From Deltaproteobacteria bacterium (GTDB lineage: Bacteria > Myxococcota_A > Polyangia > Fen-1088): 64,000 nt of DNA. A program made the translations under genes and the position numbers. The notes under the pieces were generated by a model that searched no databases, was not told the DNA's origin, and worked only from the letters and a program-made list of their open reading frames with translations. This document shows, piece after piece, positions 27,906-37,360 of this stretch. Position 1 is the first letter of the stretch. Each line of letters begins with the position of its first letter. The stretch lies in contig JANRKS010000011.1 of assembly GCA_033763315.1 (NCBI GenBank), positions 96,001 to 160,000 of the forward strand, read 5' to 3'.

Positions 27906-30900
27906 TTGTCTGAGCACCACATACACACAGACGTCGACCCAGCCCTGGTAGGGGCGCCGTTCGAGGTCATCGAAGCCAACCGCAACGTGGTTCATCGCTT
28001 CGGCGATTACGTGCTGGTGCAGCAAGTGGGGTGGGGTGGTCACGGCGTGGTCTACCGTGCCTGGCAAAAATCGGTGCGGCGTTGGGTGGCGCTGAAATTC
28101 CTGCACGTCGGCGACGCGGTGGCCATGCAGCGCTTCGAACGCGAAGCGCGCGTGGTTGCCAAGCTTGATCACCCCAACATCGTTCCGCTTTACGACGTTG
28201 GCAGTTTCGAGGGGCGTGCGTTCATCACGATGAAGCTGATCGAGGGGCACACGCTTGAAAACGCGCGCCTCGAAACCACGCGGGCCCTCAAGCTCATCGC
28301 CGCGGCGGCTGACGCCGTTCAACACGCACACGAACAGGGCATCGTTCACCGCGACCTCAAACCGTCGAACATGATGGTGTCGGCGGAGGGCCATTGTTAT
28401 GTGATGGACTTCGGCTTGGCTCAGGGGCTGGCGGGAGAATCGAAACTAACCAAGACGGGCGTTGTGAACGGCACGCCCTCTTATATGTCGCCTGAACACG
28501 CGCGTGGCCTCACGTGCGACGCGCGCAGCGACGTGTATTCGCTGGGCGCTTCGCTTTACGAATTGCTGGGGCGTCGCGCTCCCTTTGAGGGGGCCACGCC
28601 CGTGTTGGTCCTGGCAAGCGTCATCTCCAACGAGCCGTTGTCGGTGCGTCACTTGAATCCCAACGTCACGATGGAGATGGATTCCGTGGTGGCCAAAGCG
28701 ATGGATAAGGCGCCCTCGCGTCGCTACCAAACGGCAGGTGCTTTTGCCGCAGATGTGCGGCGCATTCTAGCGGGGCAACCAGTGCAGGCGCGGCCCTTGT
28801 CGACCTTGCCGCGGGCGTGGCGTTGGGTGGGGCGGCATCGCCTTGTCGCGGCCTTCTTCTCGTTGCTGGTCATCGGCGCCACCGCGGCGGTGGCCGCGTC
28901 GCTGTTTCATGCGGCCACGATGTCACGAGCTCAAGCACAGGCCGAGCGCGAACGCCGTTTGGCTGAGGAGAAGCTGGCTCAAAGCCTAATCTCTCAAGGT
29001 GATATGTTTGCCAGCAGCGGACGTTTGGCTGATGCCACCGCAAATTTCACAGAGGCCGAAGGCGTGCTGTTGCGATTGGGGCAATCGCCTTTGTCGGCAC
29101 GCTTGGGCTTGATGGTGGCGCGCCAGTCCGGATCGGTGCCATTGATTTCAATTGCAGCTCATACGGCAGCCACCACGGCCGTGCGTTTCTTCCCAGACGG
29201 TGAACGTGTGGCGTCCGCAAGCGAAGACGGAACGGTCCGCATCTGGGAAGCGTCGACAGGTCGCAACCTGCTTACATTCAAAGGGCATTTGGATCAAGTG
29301 TGGTCGTTGGCCATCGCGCCTGACGGAAGGAGCGTTGCCAGCGGAAGCAGCGACGGCAGCGTCAAGGTGTGGGATGCCCAAACCGGCGCCGTGATGAACA
29401 CATTCTTGGATCACAAGTCACGCGTGGGCGCATTGGTGTTCTCTCCAGATGGCGCTCGTCTATATAGCGGTGGCGAAGACAACATGATCCGCGCCTGGGA
29501 TCTGAAGGAGGCAAAGGCAGCCTTCGTGTTGGCTGGCCACAAGGGACGGGTGCGCGGCCTTTCAATCAGTCGAAACGGAAAACGGCTGGCTTCTGGGGGC
29601 GGTGACAATTCCGTTCGTCTGTGGGATCTGAACGCCCGCAAGGAGCTCCGATCCATGAAGGATTTGGCTTCGCTGTTCGTCGTGCGTTTCATCAACGCTG
29701 ACACCGCCGTGGTTGCGGCGGGGCAAGAGGGCGATTTAACAACGTGGTCGCTTGATGGCCAATTGCTGGATTGGGTGGACGCCAACCGCAGCGTGATCTC
29801 GGATTTGGCGCTGGAGGGTGAACTGCTTGTGTCGGCGGGTTGGGACGCGCGGACGCGCATCTTTGGCTTGCCAAAACAGGAGCCGCTGGGGGACATCGAG
29901 ACCGATGGAGCACGGGTTCTGTGCGTTGACATTTCGCCCCAAGGTCGCTTTCTGGTCAATGGCGATAGCAATGGCGCCCTGCGGGTGTTTGATTTGGCGA
30001 CCGCGGCGCGCCGACCGATTCGACGGCGTACGTTCGCTCCGGTCACGGTTGAATTCACGCGCGATGGTCGTTTGGCGGCAACGTGGCACAGCGACCCGTG
30101 GCAGCTTGTGTTGTGGGATGTGCAAACACGCATGGCTTTGCGTCGTTTGCTTTTGCCGGCGATCGTGCAACGCGCGGCTTTTGCGCCGCAGTCGTATCGC
30201 GTGGCCGCAGCGCTGGGAAACCGGGAGGCGTTGCTGTGGAACTTCGCAACGGGAGACCTTCGACGTTGGCAAACCGACGCTGTGGCTCATTCAGTGCGTT
30301 TCGCGGAAGACGAAAACCGCATTTGGATGGGCACCAATGGTGGCGTGGTGGTTCTGGATTCTCCGGCACTGCAGCCGCAACTGTTGCTGGGCAATTACGT
30401 GGCTCTACGGCTCGCCACCACGCGGGATGGCCGCTATTTTGCCACCGCAGGCCGCGGCGGCGATCTGGGATTGTGGGACGCGCATACCAACAAGCTTCTG
30501 CGTTGGTTCAAGCTCGGCGGCACGCTCACAAGCGTGGCGTTCTCACCAGATGGATCGCGCTTGGCCGCGGGCAGCGCGATCCACGGAGCCAAGCTGATCG
30601 ACACGTCCAATGGTCGAACCATCTCGCTGATGAAAGGTTTGGCGTCGCAGGTCTTTGGCATTGATGTGTCGCCCGATGGGGGCGTCATGGTGTCGGGCGG
30701 AAGCGATCGCATCGTGCGTTTGTGGGACGCCCACAGTGGTGCGGAGCTGCGTACGTTGCCTGAGAGTTCCTATGCGATCTCGAATGCGGCATTCGCCGAT
30801 GATGGCCGCGTGTTCGTGGGCACCGAGGATGGCACCTTCGATGTGTGGGATCCAAAGATTGGCCCGACGTTTGAAGTTTTGCGCGATCGGGTGGACGAAG

Positions 30901-31241
30901 CACGGGCGCACATCCAAAAGGGCGACGGCGGGCCCAAAGACTGGCTCGCGTTGGGCGATTGGTTTTCATCCCGCCACGTCTGCGCCACGGCTGTGCCCGC
31001 CTACGATAAGGCGCGCCTCGCGGGTTGGACGGCGGCCTCAGAAACGTACGCGCGCTGCTTGTGGAGCGTCGGCCGCCAAACGGATGCCCAACGAGAACTC
31101 CAAGCCGCCGTGCAAGCCGGGCTGTTGCCTGCGGCGTACGCAGAACTGCTGGCGAACGGCCCCCCGCTCTCGGATGCCCCATGGGCTGTGCCTAAAGAAC
31201 GTCATCTAGACGCTCCTACAGTCCAAAAATCCGCTGAATGA
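27906..31241 (+). CDS. Ser/Thr protein kinase with TM helix, WD40 repeats and TPR-like tail
   Basis: GWGGHGVVY, VALK, HRDLKPSN, DFG, GTPSYMSPE; repeated GH...SGS.DG.V..WD. Confidence 0.92.
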   Translation: MSEHHIHTDVDPALVGAPFEVIEANRNVVHRFGDYVLVQQVGWGGHGVVYRAWQKSVRRWVALKFLHVGDAVAMQRFEREARVVAKLDHPNIVPLYDVGSFEGRAFITMKLIEGHTLENARLETTRALKLIAAAADAVQHAHEQGIVHRDLKPSNMMVSAEGHCYVMDFGLAQGLAGESKLTKTGVVNGTPSYMSPEHARGLTCDARSDVYSLGASLYELLGRRAPFEGATPVLVLASVISNEPLSVRHLNPNVTMEMDSVVAKAMDKAPSRRYQTAGAFAADVRRILAGQPVQARPLSTLPRAWRWVGRHRLVAAFFSLLVIGATAAVAASLFHAATMSRAQAQAERERRLAEEKLAQSLISQGDMFASSGRLADATANFTEAEGVLLRLGQSPLSARLGLMVARQSGSVPLISIAAHTAATTAVRFFPDGERVASASEDGTVRIWEASTGRNLLTFKGHLDQVWSLAIAPDGRSVASGSSDGSVKVWDAQTGAVMNTFLDHKSRVGALVFSPDGARLYSGGEDNMIRAWDLKEAKAAFVLAGHKGRVRGLSISRNGKRLASGGGDNSVRLWDLNARKELRSMKDLASLFVVRFINADTAVVAAGQEGDLTTWSLDGQLLDWVDANRSVISDLALEGELLVSAGWDARTRIFGLPKQEPLGDIETDGARVLCVDISPQGRFLVNGDSNGALRVFDLATAARRPIRRRTFAPVTVEFTRDGRLAATWHSDPWQLVLWDVQTRMALRRLLLPAIVQRAAFAPQSYRVAAALGNREALLWNFATGDLRRWQTDAVAHSVRFAEDENRIWMGTNGGVVVLDSPALQPQLLLGNYVALRLATTRDGRYFATAGRGGDLGLWDAHTNKLLRWFKLGGTLTSVAFSPDGSRLAAGSAIHGAKLIDTSNGRTISLMKGLASQVFGIDVSPDGGVMVSGGSDRIVRLWDAHSGAELRTLPESSYAISNAAFADDGRVFVGTEDGTFDVWDPKIGPTFEVLRDRVDEARAHIQKGDGGPKDWLALGDWFSSRHVCATAVPAYDKARLAGWTAASETYARCLWSVGRQTDAQRELQAAVQAGLLPAAYAELLANGPPLSDAPWAVPKERHLDAPTVQKSAE

Positions 31242-33063
31242 AGTTCTTCTTGGTTTTGGTGGTCTGACGACGGAGCGTCACTGTCAATGACTGGTTCTTC
31301 TTGGCGCTCACGCTCAGCTTCTTCTTCACTGGCACATAGCCGGCTTTGACGAACGTGAGTTCATAACTCATGCCTGCCTTAAAACGCAGGCTTAACGGCG
31401 CGCGTCCGAACACGCGCTTTTTCAGCTTTACCACGGCGCCCGCGGGCCGCGACGCGATCTTCACTGACACCACAGGAGGTGGCGCCGGTGGTTTTGCTGG
31501 AGCCTTCGGCGGTGTGGCAGGGGGCTTGCGTTTGCTTAGAGGGGCGGGTGCTTCGTCGTCCGGATCTTCGCCGATCACCTTCTGATCGAGATCGGGTTCC
31601 GCCTGTGCCAAGAGGGCTTCTTCGTTGTCGTCGTCATCGCCTTCGGCTTCCGCTGCCGCGTCAGGCGCCGCATCAGAAACGGCTGCGAGCGGTGCCGCGT
31701 CGACACTCTCACTGGGCGCAGGCTTGGCCTCGGCCACAGGGGCAGGCGGAGGCGCCGGTGCGGGTGCCGGGGCGGTTGCCTTCGGACTGCGCCCATACTT
31801 CCACCAGCCCACCACAGCTAAGGCCAGCACGCCCAACGCAAGGTAAGCGCGCCGGCTGCCTGGCGGGGTGACCGTGGCCGTTGTAGAGGCGGCGTCAGGT
31901 GGCGGCGGCGGTGGGGTGGGCCGTTCGGGTTTGGTTTGGCCACTCGTAGCCGCAAATGCCACTTCGTCTTGCACCACGCCGTCATTCGAAATCGGCTTTG
32001 GTCCCGAGGCGGCCAATGTGGCGCCATAGGCAGCCGGCGACGGACCCATGCTGGAGGCTTCGAACTCGATGTCGTGATCTCCAAGTTCAAGCGTGTCATC
32101 GGGCCCCAGCTTGGGCGGCGAAGGCAAACGCCCGATCGAAGGTTGGTGGTCCTTTCTTTCCAGCTCCGCCAGCCAACGTTTGAGTTCGGTTTTGCCCGAC
32201 GCTCCGAACACCTGCCGCTGCACATCTTCGATGGCCTCAAGAAATTCGTCAGCGGTTTGATAACGCTCCGATGGCCGCAGCTTCATGGCCTTGTTGATCA
32301 TCGCGGCCACTTGCGGCGCCATATCGGGGATCACAAGTTCAGGCGCCACGAAGTCGGCTTTTTGCACGCGCAAGATCGATTCCAGATCCGTGGGCGCCTC
32401 GAACGGTCGCTTGCCCGTGAACATCAAGTACAGCAGGGTGCCGATCGAGAACAGGTCGCTGCGCGCGTCAATGTGGGCGCTTGAGGCTTGCTCGGGCGAC
32501 ATGAAGGCCAGCTTGCCCTTGATCACGCCCTGCACGGTGTTTTCGCCCCGCCTCACCATGGCTTTCGCGATGCCGAAGTCGGTCAGCTTCACTTCGCCTT
32601 CCACGCTCACCAGCACGTTGTGGGGGCTGATGTCGCGGTGGACGATGCCCATGGGGCGGCCATCGCGGCGGCGGCTGTGGGCGTACGCCAACGCGCGACA
32701 CACTTCGCCCACAATAAACAGGGCCAACGTGGGCGGCAGCTCGAACCCGCGCACGGCTTTGACGCGGTTCAAGATCTGGTTCAAATCCCAGCCATCGACC
32801 AACTCCAGAACCAGGTAATAGTGGCCCTTGGCTTGGCCCAGATCCAACACCTGCACGATGTTGCCGTGGGTCAGCGACATGGCCACGTGGGCCTCATCAA
32901 GCATCAGGTTCTTGAACTGCGGCTCGGCCAACAGGGCCGGCAGAATGCGCTTGAGCACCACCGGTCGCTCAAACCCCTCAACGCCGTGCTGAGTGCCTGA
33001 ATAGATCTCCGCCATCCCGCCGTCGGCGATTTTTCGGATGATCCTGTAGCGGCCTTTCGCCAT
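31216..33063 (-). CDS. Membrane Ser/Thr protein kinase with C-terminal PEGA-like domain
   Basis: IADGGMAEIY, HRDISPHN, DFGIAK, GKLAFMSPEQ, TM helix, SRPAGAVV...GRAP. Confidence 0.9.
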   Translation of the reverse strand: MAKGRYRIIRKIADGGMAEIYSGTQHGVEGFERPVVLKRILPALLAEPQFKNLMLDEAHVAMSLTHGNIVQVLDLGQAKGHYYLVLELVDGWDLNQILNRVKAVRGFELPPTLALFIVGEVCRALAYAHSRRRDGRPMGIVHRDISPHNVLVSVEGEVKLTDFGIAKAMVRRGENTVQGVIKGKLAFMSPEQASSAHIDARSDLFSIGTLLYLMFTGKRPFEAPTDLESILRVQKADFVAPELVIPDMAPQVAAMINKAMKLRPSERYQTADEFLEAIEDVQRQVFGASGKTELKRWLAELERKDHQPSIGRLPSPPKLGPDDTLELGDHDIEFEASSMGPSPAAYGATLAASGPKPISNDGVVQDEVAFAATSGQTKPERPTPPPPPPDAASTTATVTPPGSRRAYLALGVLALAVVGWWKYGRSPKATAPAPAPAPPPAPVAEAKPAPSESVDAAPLAAVSDAAPDAAAEAEGDDDDNEEALLAQAEPDLDQKVIGEDPDDEAPAPLSKRKPPATPPKAPAKPPAPPPVVSVKIASRPAGAVVKLKKRVFGRAPLSLRFKAGMSYELTFVKAGYVPVKKKLSVSAKKNQSLTVTLRRQTTKTKKNFIQRIFGL

Positions 33064-33197
33064 AGTGAAGGGGGGAGGGGGCGCCGCCGGGGGCGCCGCG
33101 CCGCCAACAAAGTTATACTGATATCGCCGGCTTAGGTAGGGGCGTCTGGCAAAAGGACGCATTGCGAGGGGGACGGTTCATGGCTAGGAGCTTAATG

Positions 33198-33851
33198 ATG
33201 ATGCTGCTTCGCGTTTTTTCCGTCCGCCAGGTGGCTTGCGCTGCGGGTTTGGCGCTCGCGCTATCGGCGTGTGCGAACCCCAATTTGGGCCTGCAGGAAC
33301 TAAGAGGTGGCATTGAGATGGGGGTGAGGCGAGGCGCTGCGTGGACGACGCTCACGGTGAAGCCGCCCTATGTCATCGGAGCCCGCACCAATCTTTCGCT
33401 CAAGAACAGCGTGTTCAGCGGAAGCATCGAGGGACGGCCGGTGAAACTTTATGTGGAAAAGGACGGCATTCACGGCCAAGGCCCGTTCGGCAACGTGAAC
33501 GTCGTGATCTATGACGGGCCCGACTCGATGACGATCGAAGGCACATGGAACGACTACCGTGTGCACTTTAAAGTCACGGCTGAATCCTTTCGCGGCGTTA
33601 TCGCGGTGTGGAACGACAACGCCGGCCTCATTCGCAATTCCGAAACCTGCCAGTACGTCCTCGACAAGGTGGATCAAGACGGCAGCCGCATGGGCAGTTC
33701 CATCTGCTTTGGCATGCCCGAAGACACACGGATTGAAGTGCCCGGCCCGGTGCAGGATTGGCTGACGCGGCAAGAACTCACAGTGGTGCTGCTGGCCTTG
33801 TTGTCGTCGCCGCCGACCACCGTGCAAGAGCGCCGCGGCCCGCCCGTTTAA
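33198..33851 (+). CDS. Hypothetical lipoprotein
   Basis: AGGAG SD; lipobox LALSA-C; beta-rich body. Confidence 0.7.
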   Translation: MMLLRVFSVRQVACAAGLALALSACANPNLGLQELRGGIEMGVRRGAAWTTLTVKPPYVIGARTNLSLKNSVFSGSIEGRPVKLYVEKDGIHGQGPFGNVNVVIYDGPDSMTIEGTWNDYRVHFKVTAESFRGVIAVWNDNAGLIRNSETCQYVLDKVDQDGSRMGSSICFGMPEDTRIEVPGPVQDWLTRQELTVVLLALLSSPPTTVQERRGPPV

Positions 33852-33994
33852 CCGCAAGAGCGCCGCGACCCTCGGAAGATAGGGCGACCAATACGTCCTT
33901 TGATTGGGCTTTCCCTGTAACGTGCCGCTGGGGTAAAAGACGGGGGCCTGGGTGGGTCACACCCGCTGGCGTTGGTCGTTAACGGAGGATCGTC

Positions 33995-36900
33995 GTGCTG
34001 CAAGGTATTCGTGCGTGGGGTCGCCTTGGTTTGTTCCTGGGTCTGGTGGGTGTGTTGTCTTCGTGTGAGGACGACACGTCGAAGAAGGGCGGCAACGACG
34101 GCGGCAATGCGAGTGGCGAATCAGATGCCAACGCTGCCGATGCGCCGGTGATCAATTTGCCCGACGCTTTGGCGGGGCTTGATGTCACGGTGCCTGACGT
34201 GCAGGTGCCGGCCACTTGTGGCAACGGCAAAGTCGAAGATGGCGAAGAGTGCGACGACGGCAACCAGAGCAACGAGGACGCGTGCTTGCAGATATGCCGC
34301 TTCTCACCATTTTGCGGTGACGGTGTGCTGTTCGCGCTCACGGAAGAGTGCGACGACGGCAACCAAGTGAACACCGATGGCTGCCTCACCACGTGTCGCA
34401 AGGCCAAGTGCGGCGATGGCGTGGTTGCCACGGGGCAAGAGGCGTGCGACGACGGCAACACGAACACCACGGACGGCTGCACGAACACGTGTGCGGTTGC
34501 AAAATGTGGTGATGGCATTGTGCAGAACGGCGTTGAGGCCTGCGATGACGGCAACCAAAACAACCTCGACGGCTGCTCAAATGCTTGTGCCAACGCGCGC
34601 TGTGGCGATGGCGTGGTGCAAGTGGGTGAAGCCTGCGACGACGGCAACACCAACAACGCCGACGAATGCACCAACCAATGTCGAGGCAAAGCGTGTGGTG
34701 ATGGCGTCAAGCAGCCCGGCGAAGCCTGCGACGACGGCAACCAAGTCAACACCGATGAGTGTACCAACGCTTGTTTGCAGCCTTCGTGTGGCGATGGCTT
34801 CGTGCAAGCGGGCGAAGTGTGCGACGACGGCAATCAATCAAATGGCGACGCTTGTACGGCGGTATGTGCGGCGGCTAAATGCGGTGACGGTTTCGTGCAA
34901 CCTGGCGAAACTTGTGACGATGGCAACCAAAGCAACACGGATGCCTGCACCAATAGCTGCGCTCTTGCCCGCTGTGGCGATGGCTGGAAGCAGGGCGACG
35001 AGGCGTGCGATGACGGCAATTCATCGAACGACGACGCTTGCACGAACCGCTGCACGGCGGCCGTTTGTGGCGACGGCTTTGTGCAGGCGGGCGAAACGTG
35101 TGATGACGGCAACCGCGCCAACGACGACCGCTGCACCAACGCGTGCCAGGCGGCCCGCTGCGGCGACGGCATCGTGCAAGCCGGTGAAGCGTGCGATGAC
35201 GGCAATACAAGCGATGCGGATCTGTGCACCAACGTGTGCGCGCTGCCAACCTGTGGCGACGGCGTTGCGCAGCCCGGTGAAGCATGCGACGACGGCAACA
35301 AAGACAACACCGACTCATGCACCTCCTCTTGTGCGGCGGCGGCATGTGGCGATGGGGTGCTGCAAGCGGGCGTCGAGGCCTGTGATGATGGCAACCAAGA
35401 CAACACCGACGCTTGCACCACCGCCTGCCGTGCGGCCCGCTGTGGCGATGGCGTGGTGCTGCTGGGGACCGAGTTTTGCGACGACGGCAACAGAGACAAC
35501 AACGATAGCTGTGTGTTGTGCCAAGTGGCCCGCTGTGGCGATGGCTTGGTGTGGGCCGGTCAAGAGTCCTGCGACGACGGCAACAAGGTGGACACCGACG
35601 GTTGCTTGAGCAGCTGCCAGGTGGCGGTGTGCGGTGACGGCGTGGTGCAAACGGGCGTGGAGGAATGTGACGATGGCAACAACGTGGACACGGATGGCTG
35701 CATCACGTGCAAGGTCGCCCAGTGTGGCGACGGGAAGTTGCGAGGTGGGGTTGAGGCTTGCGACGACGGCAACCAAAACAACGGCGATGGCTGCACCAAC
35801 ATGTGTGCCGTGGCCACGTGTGGCGATGGCTTCGTCCAAGGTGAAGAAGCGTGCGACGATGGCAATGCCAACAACACCGATGCTTGCACTACGGCGTGCC
35901 GCCCGGCCCGCTGTGGTGATGGTTTCGTGCAAGGTGAAGAAGATTGCGATGACGGCAACCTCGACAACACCGATGGCTGCACAAACGTCTGCGCTCGCCC
36001 CCGTTGCGGCGATGGCTTCACCCAACCGGGTGCGCAAGAAGCCTGCGATGATGGCAACCGTTCTGATGCAGATGCGTGCCGCAACGATTGCCAAGCTTCT
36101 TTGTGCGTGCCCACGCCGGAAGGCATGAACGACAACAACGTGTGCACCACCGACGCGTGCGATCCGTACGAAGGCGTTGTGCACGTGCCGCTTAGCCAAG
36201 TGAGCTGCGATGATGGCTTGCTGTGCAACGGTGTGGCTGTGTGCAGGGAAGGGCAGTGCTCCCAGGGCACACCTGTGGCCGTGGATGACGGCAACCCTTG
36301 CACGGCCGACTCATGCAATGAGGAGACAGGCGTTGTGAATGTGCCTTTCACAGCAGACACGTGCGGCGATGGCAACGCGTGCACGCAATGTCAAGAAGGC
36401 ACGTGTGTGGCAAAACCTCTGCCTGAAAGTGAAAACGTGTGCGTGTCATGGAGCTGCGATCCGAAAGAGGGCGTGGTGATGAACGTGTTGAGTGACGTGG
36501 TCTGTGGGGGCGACATTTGTACGGGCTTGGGTGTCTGCAACCAGGGGCAGTGCCAGTTCGGTTACCCGGCGGTGGTGCAAGACGACGAGAACGACTGCAC
36601 CGTTGATACGTGCGACGCGGCCACGGGAGGCACCTTGCATACGCCGAGGGAAGGCGCTTGCGATACAGGGAATCTGTGTGTGCCGGGGTTCTGCGCCAGG
36701 GGGCAGTGCGTTCGGGGGCAAACGATCCCAGGCGAGGACGATGGCAATGTGTGCACCCGCGATTATTGCGATGCTGAGCGCGGCATCCAAGCGCACGAGC
36801 CGATCGATTTACCAGAGATCGTTACCTGCTCACCCGGCAGGTGCATGGCGGGAACCAGCCTTTGCCTCGCCGGCGCGTGCAAAGTCGTCGTGCCGCCACG

Positions 36901-37180
36901 TAGCGACACAACCAACAACCTCTCGAACTGCAGCGCACTCATCTGCGATCCGGGCACGGGTGAGACGACCCAACAGCCGTCGCCCGTCATCGGCCTTGGC
37001 TGCAAGGTAAGTTGTTCACCCAACGCCACCGCTTGCAACCCAACGCCGCAGTTGTGTGGCGTTGGCGAGTCGTGTGCATCGAGTTACCAATGCGACGATG
37101 GCGCGCTCAGATGTGTCGCGCCGCTGTTTACACCCATCGGCGGCGACTTCTTTCCTGGAGACTTTGTCACTGGTCAGTGA
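33995..37180 (+). CDS. Cys-rich repeat surface lipoprotein (20 DUF4215/Myxococcus Cys-rich repeats plus Dictyostelium CTDC-like repeats)
   Basis: GGAGG SD; lipobox VLSS-C; 20 x CG[DN]G..E.CDDGN....D.C...C, then DDGNPCTADSC-type units. Confidence 0.9.
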   Translation: MLQGIRAWGRLGLFLGLVGVLSSCEDDTSKKGGNDGGNASGESDANAADAPVINLPDALAGLDVTVPDVQVPATCGNGKVEDGEECDDGNQSNEDACLQICRFSPFCGDGVLFALTEECDDGNQVNTDGCLTTCRKAKCGDGVVATGQEACDDGNTNTTDGCTNTCAVAKCGDGIVQNGVEACDDGNQNNLDGCSNACANARCGDGVVQVGEACDDGNTNNADECTNQCRGKACGDGVKQPGEACDDGNQVNTDECTNACLQPSCGDGFVQAGEVCDDGNQSNGDACTAVCAAAKCGDGFVQPGETCDDGNQSNTDACTNSCALARCGDGWKQGDEACDDGNSSNDDACTNRCTAAVCGDGFVQAGETCDDGNRANDDRCTNACQAARCGDGIVQAGEACDDGNTSDADLCTNVCALPTCGDGVAQPGEACDDGNKDNTDSCTSSCAAAACGDGVLQAGVEACDDGNQDNTDACTTACRAARCGDGVVLLGTEFCDDGNRDNNDSCVLCQVARCGDGLVWAGQESCDDGNKVDTDGCLSSCQVAVCGDGVVQTGVEECDDGNNVDTDGCITCKVAQCGDGKLRGGVEACDDGNQNNGDGCTNMCAVATCGDGFVQGEEACDDGNANNTDACTTACRPARCGDGFVQGEEDCDDGNLDNTDGCTNVCARPRCGDGFTQPGAQEACDDGNRSDADACRNDCQASLCVPTPEGMNDNNVCTTDACDPYEGVVHVPLSQVSCDDGLLCNGVAVCREGQCSQGTPVAVDDGNPCTADSCNEETGVVNVPFTADTCGDGNACTQCQEGTCVAKPLPESENVCVSWSCDPKEGVVMNVLSDVVCGGDICTGLGVCNQGQCQFGYPAVVQDDENDCTVDTCDAATGGTLHTPREGACDTGNLCVPGFCARGQCVRGQTIPGEDDGNVCTRDYCDAERGIQAHEPIDLPEIVTCSPGRCMAGTSLCLAGACKVVVPPRSDTTNNLSNCSALICDPGTGETTQQPSPVIGLGCKVSCSPNATACNPTPQLCGVGESCASSYQCDDGALRCVAPLFTPIGGDFFPGDFVTGQ

Positions 37181-37360
37181 GTCAAGGCGCGCGCGAGCTG
37201 CGAGGTGAGCACCGCCTTGGTTCCGACCAGATCAGCCAGCGGTGCCCATTAATGACCCTCAGTTCCGACCACATGTACGACACGCGCCACGGCGTAATAT
37301 CCCCGTCGCGGCCGTCAGAAGGTATACTCTCCGGTCTGGTACAAACTGGGGAGTACACCA

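Noticed and set aside
34215-36090. Periodic repeats of about 93-99 bp (TGCGACGACGGCAAC) resembling a CRISPR array
   Set aside because: They are in-frame coding repeats with synonymous variation, the intervening segments are homologous, and no cas genes are present
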